Shown in pieces: positions 10,032-19,300 of a stretch of 64,000 nt of DNA (positions are counted from its first letter, which is position 1; each line of letters begins with the position of its first letter). Below the pieces are notes generated by a model that saw only the letters and a list, made by a program, of their open reading frames with translations, did not search any database and had not been told where the DNA came from. The position numbers and the translations under genes were made by a program. The stretch is taken from the NCBI GenBank assembly GCA_964494405.1, contig CAZBTQ010000001.1:23510-87509 (forward strand), read 5' to 3'. The stretch comes from an uncultured Iamiaceae bacterium. Its GTDB lineage: Bacteria; Actinomycetota; Acidimicrobiia; Acidimicrobiales; SKKL01.

Positions 10032-10856
10032 ATGAGGTTTCTAATCTCTTTACCTCTTTACAAGAGAGAATGGATCCTACCGGAATGGCTACGATGCATT
10101 GAGGACCAAACGGTTCCATTGAAAGACATCGGTTTTTTGTTTCTTATGGCCAATGAGTCCGATGATCCAGGGTCGTACAAAGTCTTGTTTGAATGGCAGG
10201 CTCAAAGACCTGATTTGGGCTACTTTGACGTGATCACCGATCCGACTAGTGAGCACAAAAGTCACGTACGAGGGTCTCGTTCTTGGCGTATGGGTGATTT
10301 CTCCAGGATGGCTGGTTTTAGAAATACTTTGATGGATAGAGCCAGGGAGCTTCAACCAGAAAACTACTTCTCCCTGGATTCAGATATTCTATTAACAAAC
10401 CCAAGGAGTCTGGAGATTCTCTCTCGAGAACTAGTTAACTTCAATGCTGTGAATCCATTGATTTTCATGTCTCCGTCTTCAACTGAGCACCCCAGTGTTT
10501 TGTCCTGGAGTCATAAGACTAGACCTGGGTGTGAGACGAAAAGGTACCTGAACAAATATCAGATGGGCAAAGTGTTTCAGGCTGACGTTATCATGGGCGC
10601 AGTCATGATGGATCCGGAAGCTTATGTCAAATCGAGATACATAACACACGTTGCGGGTGAAGATGTCGGCTGGGCTTCTTCAATGCAAAAAAATGGACTT
10701 ACGATGGGTTGTGTTTCTTATTTGTACTGCCCGCATGTAATGCATGAAGAGCTCCCAGAGAACGCCTCGGCTTTGGTCAATCCAGCTTATGCCCCCGGGG
10801 TATATAGTTATTATCAACAATTTGGTGATGATAGAGGGCTAAAATGTCTTTCTTAG
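10032..10856 (+). CDS. GT-A fold glycosyltransferase
   Basis: N-terminal ISLPLYKR strand, RN(T)L helix, DxD motif YFSLDSDILL, GEDVGW acceptor-side motif, C-terminal HVM. Confidence 0.8.
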   Translation: MRFLISLPLYKREWILPEWLRCIEDQTVPLKDIGFLFLMANESDDPGSYKVLFEWQAQRPDLGYFDVITDPTSEHKSHVRGSRSWRMGDFSRMAGFRNTLMDRARELQPENYFSLDSDILLTNPRSLEILSRELVNFNAVNPLIFMSPSSTEHPSVLSWSHKTRPGCETKRYLNKYQMGKVFQADVIMGAVMMDPEAYVKSRYITHVAGEDVGWASSMQKNGLTMGCVSYLYCPHVMHEELPENASALVNPAYAPGVYSYYQQFGDDRGLKCLS

Positions 10857-10921
10857 GACAAAAGGCTACTATATTGTATAGTTTGCTATGAAAATCTAAT
10901 CTAGGGGACGACTTATAAACA

Positions 10922-12598
10922 ATGGCTATTCAAATAAACGAAACAGTACAATTCACAGCGCTGAACATCAAGGATATTGTCCGAGAGTTCAATGAAAGTA
11001 CAACCAAAGAGAAAAAGCGCAATGGTCTAGTAATAGAAATTGCAGCTATTCAGGTTGGAACGACCCGTAACATGAACTACTACAGTGAGGCGGAACTAGA
11101 GGCTGGCGTAGTTTCTTGGACTGCACCATTCCAAAAGCCGATCATCATCAACCACGATTTGACCACCGATCCGCTTGGTAGAGTTATCGGAGCTACAGTG
11201 GAAAGCAACGAAGGGGTCCCCGCCTTCATTAAGCTACAAGCCGCTATCACTGATCCGGTTGCGATAGAGCGCGTCTTGGATAAGAGGTACTTAACTGGCT
11301 CAATCGGAGCGATGGCTGAAAATGTGATCTGTTCTATTTGTGGAGTTGATTGGGGAGCAGAACAAACCCGACCGGGTCTACCATGTAAGCATAAGTTCGG
11401 TACGGAATATGACGGCCAGAAGGCCTACAAGATCCTGAAGAACTTGACCTTCTACGAATACTCTTTTGTTAATGCCCCCTCGGATCAGAATTCAAAGATT
11501 CTGGACGTAAAACAAGCCAATGAGAATGTCGCAGTAGACATTTTTGAATTCGAACCTAAGGTTTATCAGATTGGCCTAGATAGTCATGAAATCCAAGAGT
11601 TTAACAACGAAACGTTGGATAAAAGAATCGTTGAGGCGGAAGAGTCTACTTTCTTGCGTCTGAAGAGTGCTTTCTTGTCTGCAGGTCAGCTGAACTCTGG
11701 TAAAAACTATGACTTTCTATCACAACCTACTACTAATAGTACAGAATTAGTAAATATTGGAGAAAGCAATATGCCTAAAGAAACCGACGATGTTGAAGCT
11801 TCAGAACTCCTAGGAGAACAAGAAGAAGACATTCTCGATGTCATCAACGCTTCTGAAGAAGAAGATGTTGTTGGTGACGATGAGGTTTCGGTAGAAGAAG
11901 ATTCTGAAACTGAGGAATCTGAAGAGGAACAGTCTGAGGAGACAGAAGACTCCCAGAGCGGTGAAGATACGTCTGAGACCACTGTTGAATCCGAAGAGAA
12001 CTCAGAAGCAGAGTCCGATGATACCGAACCGTCAGAGGAATCTGAGGAAGAGGCTCCTGAAGTCGAAGAGGACGAGACTGTAGCTGAAGAAGACACAGAA
12101 GAATCCGAAACGACCGAAGAGGTTGAAGCTGAAGATGAAACTGATGAGGTTGAATCCGAGTCCGAGTCGCAAGAACTCGCAGACGAAACATCTGACGAGC
12201 CAGACGTTGCTGCTATGGAAGCCGAGATTCAACGACTCACAAGCAGAAGCAATCAGCTTGCTGCTGCTCTACATCGCTCATTGGTCGAGCGAATTGTCGA
12301 TGCTAAGATTTACAGAGGTCTCGTTGAAGTGGAAAAGAGAGCTGAAGCGGTTGAGTCACATTCAGATCGTAAGGCCTCTTCTCTCATTGACACCCTCAAA
12401 GATCTATCGGCAATACCTTTGAAGCAAGATATTGAAGTTCTACGTGAAAGTTTCGAACCCACAGTTGCTGCAGTTTCAGAAGCTAACACAGAGCTAGTCA
12501 ATGAAGATTCAGAAGAAGTAGAGCCCACCCTTTCGGTTGACGAAAAGCTTGAGAGCAAATTTGTTGACCTTCTAATGGGTAGAACCGTATTACACTAA
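10922..12598 (+). CDS. Prohead protease fused to an acidic scaffolding domain
   Basis: PIIINHD, LTGSIG, CSICG..PCKH, YEYSFVNAPSD herpes/HK97-type protease motifs; long E/D/S-rich C-terminal half; precedes capsid genes. Confidence 0.85.
   Translation: MAIQINETVQFTALNIKDIVREFNESTTKEKKRNGLVIEIAAIQVGTTRNMNYYSEAELEAGVVSWTAPFQKPIIINHDLTTDPLGRVIGATVESNEGVPAFIKLQAAITDPVAIERVLDKRYLTGSIGAMAENVICSICGVDWGAEQTRPGLPCKHKFGTEYDGQKAYKILKNLTFYEYSFVNAPSDQNSKILDVKQANENVAVDIFEFEPKVYQIGLDSHEIQEFNNETLDKRIVEAEESTFLRLKSAFLSAGQLNSGKNYDFLSQPTTNSTELVNIGESNMPKETDDVEASELLGEQEEDILDVINASEEEDVVGDDEVSVEEDSETEESEEEQSEETEDSQSGEDTSETTVESEENSEAESDDTEPSEESEEEAPEVEEDETVAEEDTEESETTEEVEAEDETDEVESESESQELADETSDEPDVAAMEAEIQRLTSRSNQLAAALHRSLVERIVDAKIYRGLVEVEKRAEAVESHSDRKASSLIDTLKDLSAIPLKQDIEVLRESFEPTVAAVSEANTELVNEDSEEVEPTLSVDEKLESKFVDLLMGRTVLH
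11771..12598 (+). CDS. Probable nested in-frame scaffold protein (275 aa, MPKETDD...)
   Basis: GGAG at 11759-11762 spaced to ATG 11771, and a CTACTACT promoter-like motif at about 11727 inside the protease gene. Confidence 0.6.
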   Translation: MPKETDDVEASELLGEQEEDILDVINASEEEDVVGDDEVSVEEDSETEESEEEQSEETEDSQSGEDTSETTVESEENSEAESDDTEPSEESEEEAPEVEEDETVAEEDTEESETTEEVEAEDETDEVESESESQELADETSDEPDVAAMEAEIQRLTSRSNQLAAALHRSLVERIVDAKIYRGLVEVEKRAEAVESHSDRKASSLIDTLKDLSAIPLKQDIEVLRESFEPTVAAVSEANTELVNEDSEEVEPTLSVDEKLESKFVDLLMGRTVLH

Positions 12599-12619
12599 AT
12601 TCAAGGAGAATTTTTAAAA

Positions 12620-13351
12620 ATGAGCAAGGCTCCGTATCGTAAAATCAAAGCAAAGCAAGGTTCTGGTCGGTTTAACGTATCAGAAGGTGTTGCCCCCGCT
12701 GAGTGGCTACACCCTCACCCTGGTCTGCCCACCCTTTGGCTAGACCCTGAAGACGACCGTTTTGAAATTGTTGTTGCTAAGGGCACCATTCTAACTGTTG
12801 TTGAAGACGGCGGGGAAACTTATGTTGCCCCGGCTAATGGTTCCAGTTCCGGTGTGAACTGGGATGACAACAACGATAATGGTCAAGCTACCCCCGGTGG
12901 TGGCGACGCCTTTACCGTCCCTGCGCGGTCAGCCCCCATTGGCTGTGCTAACCTACACTTCTATCGTATGTTTGATAGAAACACCAGCCAAGGCGCTGGT
13001 TTCGTCTCGAAGGCTTATGTCGAATGGCCGATGGTCGAAGGTCTCAATGATACACTAGTTGCTGGTGATCTCGTTGGTCCTGACAGTATCGGTCGACCGG
13101 TTGAACTTTCTCAGGCCGATGCCGCCGATTTCCCCTGGCTAATTGTTGGTAAGGTCCTTAAGGTCGAGAAGTTTGCTACAAACTATGACTTTGGCTTACT
13201 CAACTATATGCAACTCCCGAATGACCCTGCGGGTCTAGAGAGTGTATATTCCATCACGGCCCCAGGACCCCATCAAGGTCTCTTCGGTGTTCGCGCCAAT
13301 CTTGATGTTCCCGCAGCTGTTGGAGCTTTCAGAGTTAATGTCACCCTTTAA
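12620..13351 (+). CDS. Capsid decoration/minor head protein
   Basis: Strong RBS (AAGGAG); sits between protease and MCP; beta-rich, LVAGDLVGPDSIGRPV motif. Confidence 0.6.
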   Translation: MSKAPYRKIKAKQGSGRFNVSEGVAPAEWLHPHPGLPTLWLDPEDDRFEIVVAKGTILTVVEDGGETYVAPANGSSSGVNWDDNNDNGQATPGGGDAFTVPARSAPIGCANLHFYRMFDRNTSQGAGFVSKAYVEWPMVEGLNDTLVAGDLVGPDSIGRPVELSQADAADFPWLIVGKVLKVEKFATNYDFGLLNYMQLPNDPAGLESVYSITAPGPHQGLFGVRANLDVPAAVGAFRVNVTL

Positions 13352-13413
13352 TTCTGTAGACTTTTGCATCTACGCATTACTAGTTAAAATCAATAAGGAG
13401 GATTATTCCTAAA

Positions 13414-14463
13414 ATGAGCGCAAAAGCTAATGAGCAACTTCTCACCAAAGTTGACGAATGGGAACGAGCATTTAATGAAGATGGTCAGGTCACTGAGGAT
13501 CAGAAGGTCACGATTAACGAGGCCTTTACTTCCCCGGACGCCCCCATCCTTTTCCCCAAGGTTGTTTCCAAGACCCTAAGAGAGGCCGCAGAACCGGAGC
13601 TAGTTATTACTCCCCTGTTCTCACCTGTTCGTCTTGGTAAGGCCCGTTCGTTCGAATTCCCTGCAGTCAACGCTATCCAGGCTGACGAAATTGCCGAAAC
13701 TCAAGAGTACCCCGAGCAAGCGCTTGCCTTCATCAATCAAGTTGAAGGTAAGGTCACGAAGAAGGGCGTCAAGGTTGCTTTCTCTGAGGAAGTTATCGCT
13801 GACTCACTTTGGGATATCGTAGGTCTACACGTACGTGCTGCCGGTCGAGCCATGGCTCGGTTGAAGGAGCAAATTGCTATTCAACGCTTGAAGGACGCCG
13901 CTGCGGGCAACGTTGTCTTTGACAACGATGACCCTGGCGTCGCTGACACCACTGGTGTTGGTGCTGATGGTACCTCCAATGGTTCTTACACCTGGGAAGA
14001 CCTCATCGATCAAGCCGCGCTTCTTATGCAACACGATAAGGTTCCGACCGACCTAATCGTCCATCCTCTTGCTTGGTCCATGTTCCTTAAGGGAACGTTC
14101 CTAGAGTTCAATGGTGTTCCCGCCGTTGGGTCTCTACGACTTGGTTCTAGAGAAGCCGCCTTCCGTGCGACCGCCCCTCTAGGTATCAACACGATTGTCA
14201 CACCTTTCGTAGATTTCACTCCTGGCACTCCAGCCAAGACAGATATCTTCCTTATTGATCGCGCTGATCTTGGTGCTTTGATGATTCGTGAGGATCTTTC
14301 CACAGACGATTGGAATGACCAGACCCGTGATATCCGCCTCCTTAAGCTTAAGGAACGCTACGATGTCGTTGTTTACGGTCAGGCCGAGGGTGTTTCACTG
14401 GCTCAGAATGTTTCAGTGGCTCGCAGTCATCAGATCCAGCTTACTCAAGCTGTTTCTCCCTGA
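13414..14463 (+). CDS. Major capsid protein (HK97 fold)
   Basis: Strong RBS AAGGAGG; 349 aa; IAETQEYPE, KKGVKVAFSEEVIADS, LIVHPLAW, LKLKERYD; followed by a terminator. Confidence 0.9.
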   Translation: MSAKANEQLLTKVDEWERAFNEDGQVTEDQKVTINEAFTSPDAPILFPKVVSKTLREAAEPELVITPLFSPVRLGKARSFEFPAVNAIQADEIAETQEYPEQALAFINQVEGKVTKKGVKVAFSEEVIADSLWDIVGLHVRAAGRAMARLKEQIAIQRLKDAAAGNVVFDNDDPGVADTTGVGADGTSNGSYTWEDLIDQAALLMQHDKVPTDLIVHPLAWSMFLKGTFLEFNGVPAVGSLRLGSREAAFRATAPLGINTIVTPFVDFTPGTPAKTDIFLIDRADLGALMIREDLSTDDWNDQTRDIRLLKLKERYDVVVYGQAEGVSLAQNVSVARSHQIQLTQAVSP

Positions 14464-14492
14464 TCCTAAATCTAATTAACAGTTAGTGTGAG

Positions 14493-14524
14493 ATGGCCCT
14501 GCTATTAATAGCGGGGCCATTTTG
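14493..14524 (+). terminator. Rho-independent terminator after MCP
   Basis: Stem ATGGCCCTGCTA/TAGCGGGGCCAT followed by TTT. Confidence 0.75.
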
Positions 14525-14547
14525 CTATAGACAAACAGCAACCCCTT

Positions 14548-14559
14548 GTTACTACTACC
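14548..14559 (+). promoter_or_regulatory. Putative phage late promoter motif GTTACTACT
   Basis: The same motif occurs at 29286 and 30721, with a close variant at 34193, each shortly upstream of a gene start. Confidence 0.5.
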
Positions 14560-14565
14560 TCTGAC

Positions 14566-15837
14566 ATGCTTGTTCATCAGATATACGTCTATCCTTCTTA
14601 TATCCAGGTAAAGTTTGAGTCTCTGGTCGAAATTGATTCCATCCAAGATGCTTCGTTCACCCTTTTATTGAATGAGGTTGAAGTCGATGGTTTCTTGCCC
14701 ATAGATATAGCTAGAGATTATAACTCTATCAGTCGATCTCTTTATTTGCGGTTCAATATGAATATAGTGGGGGGCACTGTCTACACTCTTCATATTGAAG
14801 GTTTGACAGATATATTTGATAACGTCTACGATCCTGAAGATCAAGAGTTCAGAACAAAAAACGCGACTTCCCCCACAGAAGAAGTCACCCCTTTAAAACC
14901 AACCTTTTACATCGAAGATCATACTGTTGCCCCCTCTCTTGATTGGGATAGCGGCGGCTTCGAACAAGCTACCCCCTCCAGTGTCCCGACTCTAGAGGTT
15001 GTCGATCATGCTCCGGCAGAGACGATTTTTGTCACCCACGAAGAGGTTGATGGGACTGACGTTTTTCCCATAAGGATAAACTTTAATTACGAGCCAAACC
15101 TAGGCCAGCTCACAGACATCATTCTAATTCAGAAAAAGAAACTTGGGTTCATATATTCTGGTTGGGAAGATGTCCAGACTATAGATGGCATCGAAGCTTC
15201 TACTGGTTATGGTGTTGAGTTTTCTATTCCGGCCGAAGACTCCAATTACAAATACAGAATAGTCATACCTAAGGCTCTGGTTTCTGTAGAAGACATTGAC
15301 ATAAAGCTATTTCAAGATTTCGAATTTGAATTCACCACTCGACTATCACCATTCTATTCTAATCCGGATGAGATAATGTTCCTTTATGGATCCACGATTA
15401 GCGAGGTAGAAGTAGCACAGATCATTCAACGATACTCCCTTGAGGCTCAATCCATTTTGAAGCTTCCAAACGACGCTGACCCAACATTTTTGGCTGTCGA
15501 GTACGTTACCGCATCCGTGCTATGTTATTTTGCAAAGAAGTATGATAGCTACCTTAGTATGGGGAGCAATGCTAATGAAATCACGTTGGGTGATTTCCAA
15601 GTAAGCAAGAAAACAGGAAGTTTTGCTTATCCTGGGAAGATAACCAGAGATAACGCCAGTAATTGGTGTGAATTAGCTCAAGCCCTCAAAAGGGAGCTTA
15701 ATATTGGAAATCGCGTACCAAGAAACTTCGTAAAGGCTGGAAGACATAAAAACCCAATCCCTAGCCGTTACTTTAAAGATATCCACACCTATAAGACGAT
15801 GAAGAACCCAACTGATTCAGGGCTCCTTAATGATTAA
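14566..15837 (+). CDS. Head completion/adaptor protein with Ig-like domains
   Basis: First gene after MCP; Ig-like N-terminal repeats; C-terminal EITLGDFQVSK adaptor-like segment. Confidence 0.55.
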   Translation: MLVHQIYVYPSYIQVKFESLVEIDSIQDASFTLLLNEVEVDGFLPIDIARDYNSISRSLYLRFNMNIVGGTVYTLHIEGLTDIFDNVYDPEDQEFRTKNATSPTEEVTPLKPTFYIEDHTVAPSLDWDSGGFEQATPSSVPTLEVVDHAPAETIFVTHEEVDGTDVFPIRINFNYEPNLGQLTDIILIQKKKLGFIYSGWEDVQTIDGIEASTGYGVEFSIPAEDSNYKYRIVIPKALVSVEDIDIKLFQDFEFEFTTRLSPFYSNPDEIMFLYGSTISEVEVAQIIQRYSLEAQSILKLPNDADPTFLAVEYVTASVLCYFAKKYDSYLSMGSNANEITLGDFQVSKKTGSFAYPGKITRDNASNWCELAQALKRELNIGNRVPRNFVKAGRHKNPIPSRYFKDIHTYKTMKNPTDSGLLND

Positions 15838-16321
15838 TCTTAGGCAAGAGTTTTTAAATTTACTGAAAGAGGACGGATGGAACGTCTATCTTCAACGGCG
15901 ATCAAGTGACGATGAGTGGGGCTTCTCTAATATATTGGAGAAGCATCTGATAAGAAATCGTTTCGCCTCTTCAGCTTCAGCTACAAGGCGAGCTCAAGAA
16001 CAAGATGAAGGAGTGTCTGTTTCAGCTGATAATGTTTTTTATTTCAGGTGGGATGTCAACCCCGGCGAAGGTGATCGTATCTATGAACAATTCCCAAATC
16101 AGGCAACAGGTCAAGTAGTTTGGTTGATAGATTACTCTCAGCCATTTAGGGGCACTGGAGGGGCCATCATTTATTGGGTGGCTGGATGCACAAGAGAAGA
16201 TACCAGTAAGAACTCCACTGTGAGACCAGAAATTGTGAGACCAGACATACCCAGACGCATCTGGGATGGCGGGAATGTAGATGAACCGTATGACGACGCA
16301 GTAGATGGAGGAACTCCTTAA
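15830..16321 (+). CDS. Head-closure/neck protein
   Basis: Size and position; FYFRWDVNPGEGDRIYE beta-barrel-like motif; C-terminal DGG tail. Confidence 0.5.
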   Translation: MINLRQEFLNLLKEDGWNVYLQRRSSDDEWGFSNILEKHLIRNRFASSASATRRAQEQDEGVSVSADNVFYFRWDVNPGEGDRIYEQFPNQATGQVVWLIDYSQPFRGTGGAIIYWVAGCTREDTSKNSTVRPEIVRPDIPRRIWDGGNVDEPYDDAVDGGTP

Positions 16322-16323
16322 AA

Positions 16324-19300
16324 ATGGCTATGAGAATCCAACTTAGAAGGGGGACCTCTGTTCAGTGGGCCAATATCAACCCTATTCTTGCTATAGGTGA
16401 AGTTGGTATTGAAATTGATACAAATAGACTGAAAATAGGTAACGGAGCTGCTCAATGGAATGATTTGCCCTATTTTATAGGGGGCGAAGAGTCCGTAGTC
16501 AGACCAGAGGATTTAGCTGGGGTGGCTTTTTCTGGTCTTTCCGAAGACGTAGCTTGGGAGGGGCCTGAGGGGTCAGATATAACGAACGTTAAACAAGGCC
16601 TAGATGCTTTGTTCATGAATATAGAGTCCCTCCTTAGCGACTTAGATATCGCTGGGGTTTCCCCTGTGGACGGAGAGATTAGCAAGTCAGCTTTAGTAAA
16701 CGCCTTGAAGGGGGCTACTTCTTCGGATCTTGCCATTGGGGACCATAACCACGCCTTGTCTCAGCTATCAGATGTGGATGTAGACGAACTAGAACACGGT
16801 TTCGCTCTGGGTTGGGATGACGTTGAAGGAAAATGGGTACCCATTGATCTTTCTAGTTTTGGAGCTGTTCAAACGGTTGGTGGGGTTGCGCCAATAGACG
16901 GTGACGTTTCAGCAGAGGGGCTTGCGGCAGCCCTGGAGGGGTTCCTCGGTGGTGGAGGTGGCCCGCTTACCACCGAGAGTATCGAGCTTGATACACAGGC
17001 CATTATTAACCCCACAACTGACATCATCTTGATCAACAACTCGGAGGGAGTTGAATATTGGGAGGCCGAGACAGCCTACGACACATTCCCTGTCGGCGGG
17101 CGCGCCTACAGCGATTCCAATTACCAGATATGGCAAGCACATGCCGCCGCTGGAACCTCCGGGGAAAGTGAACCGGACTGGGAGGCTGTGGCCAATTCCC
17201 CATGGGCGACCTCAGACGGCGAGTTGCGCTGGAATCCCTCTAGGCTTGCCAACGACACTGGAGCATGGACGGCTGGGTCCTCTCCTGGTAGCGATGCGCT
17301 CATTGCTGATGGGTCTGTGTGGTTGGCGTTCTCCTGGTGGGAGACGACTGGTGACACAGAACCCGATTGGTCGAGCGCCCCTGATTATGGCGACACCCTG
17401 GTTGACGGCACCTACGAGTGGATGCGGGTAGCCCCCTACACCGGAGCATGGCAGGCCGACACCGAGTACCGGGTGCGCGTCTTCTTCGACTACTGGGGTA
17501 TGACCCTCGGTGACGCTGTGGACGTTGACGCCGGGTGGTGGGGTGAAGGCCCCGGCATTGCACTCGTGTGGGGATCTAGCCGGGCTTCCGCAGTCTCCGG
17601 TGACAGTGAACCCTCGTTCCCGGGCCTCCATGACGATCAGGACCACGCGTGGGTTTCAGATGACGGCATCTGGTGGGAGGGCCGCTTTGACTGGAACGAC
17701 GACGGCGATTACATGGGCGACGCCTGGCTTGGTCTCGGGGACGGGGACATCGGGCAGCGGGTTGTTGTTTTCGGCTGGCAGTCCCGGTTCCGGGTGTTCG
17801 ATGTGTCCGACCCCAATGATGTCTCTCCTGATGAGAGCATCTTTGTCGATGCCAACACCGGGGACATGTCTGAGGTTGGGGCTGGGGTTGCGTTCGTTCG
17901 AGTTGACACCAGTACTGAAGATGATGAGGGCCCGGAGATCAAATGGGTGCCGGTCACACTCCACCATGATTCTTGGCCATTTGAGCGTGACGGCAATAGC
18001 GCTGTTGCGACCACCAGTCTGACCCTCGATGATCATTTACTCTACTACCGGTACGAGGGCGACAAGAACCATAGTCTCGGCTGGGGCTACTACCGCCATA
18101 ATGTTGACGGCCCAGTCCTCAACGGGTACGAGGGTGGCGGGTTTGCTTCTGGTGATGCCAACGATGAAGAAGACGTTCTGGTTGGCGCCTGGGATTCCGA
18201 GGGTCTGAAGTCCCTCCACGAGGGGAACCTGGAGCGGGTCCTCGTCGAGGGTTCTCCCGCTTCGCAGGTGTCGATCGAAGAAGGAGATCTGCCGTACTTG
18301 GAGTCATGGGCAGGCCCGATCACCGACGTGCGAGCAGCCTTGATCGCGGCCGACACCGATCTGAGCGTCATTCCCTTCCTCTCCGCCACTTTGGGTGAGA
18401 CAGGCTTTGAAGCGTCGGTGGCGTCGGCCCCGGACGTCGACGCGATGGTTACTCACGTCCACCTCGACACCAACCTCGATGTCGACGGGTTCATGGTGAC
18501 CGCGACTCAGCCGACCCGCAGACTGTGGGTTGTCCACGAGCACGGAGGAGGCCACACACTCACCTGGCCGCCCGGGACGACTCAGCATGGAGACACCACT
18601 CACGACACGACCGACGAGGCGATCACGGTATTCGAGGCATGGATGGATCATGCCGGTGACTGGAATGTGCTTCGCCTGTTTCCAGTCGACGCCGATCCCG
18701 CTGGCTCCGCCTCAGCGGTTGCCGGCGCCCTGACCTCTCACGAGGAGGAGACCACCACCGCACACGGCGGGCTCGTCGCATCGAACGACGAGCGGCTCAC
18801 AGATGCCCGCACCCCCACTGCGCACTCGCACCCGGTGTCCGACATCACCGCCACCGGCACCCCGTCTTCAGCAACGGCCCTTTACGGTGATGGGACCTGG
18901 AAGACGCCGCCTGGCGGTGATGGTGCTGACCTTTCCGACGATAACCCGGAAGCACTGGGAGATGCTGCGCCGGGAGAAGCCGAAACGGCCTCAAGGGCAG
19001 ATCATGTCCATCCAATGCCTTCCGCTGAAGATGTTGAGGCTGATCCTGTCGGAACTGCTTTGGCTCTAGTCGAATCGGCTGACCGCTCTGGATCGACTGG
19101 TCTGCGTCCTGACGGCCTTGATCAGTGGTTCACCGCCTATGAGGGGGCCTCCACCGGATCTCCGGTCGACATCGTGCTCATCAGCGATTCGATCATGGAC
19201 AACGGAACGATCGCCAACCCTCCGGCTCCAGGGTTGCTCCTTCGCACACTCAACCAGCTCGTCGGTGTTCATAACGCTGATCCGGTTGATCCCGTCGCAG

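Noticed and set aside
11707-12232. Ser-rich minus-strand ORFs
   Set aside because: Antisense reflection of the GAA/GAG-rich acidic scaffold tract.
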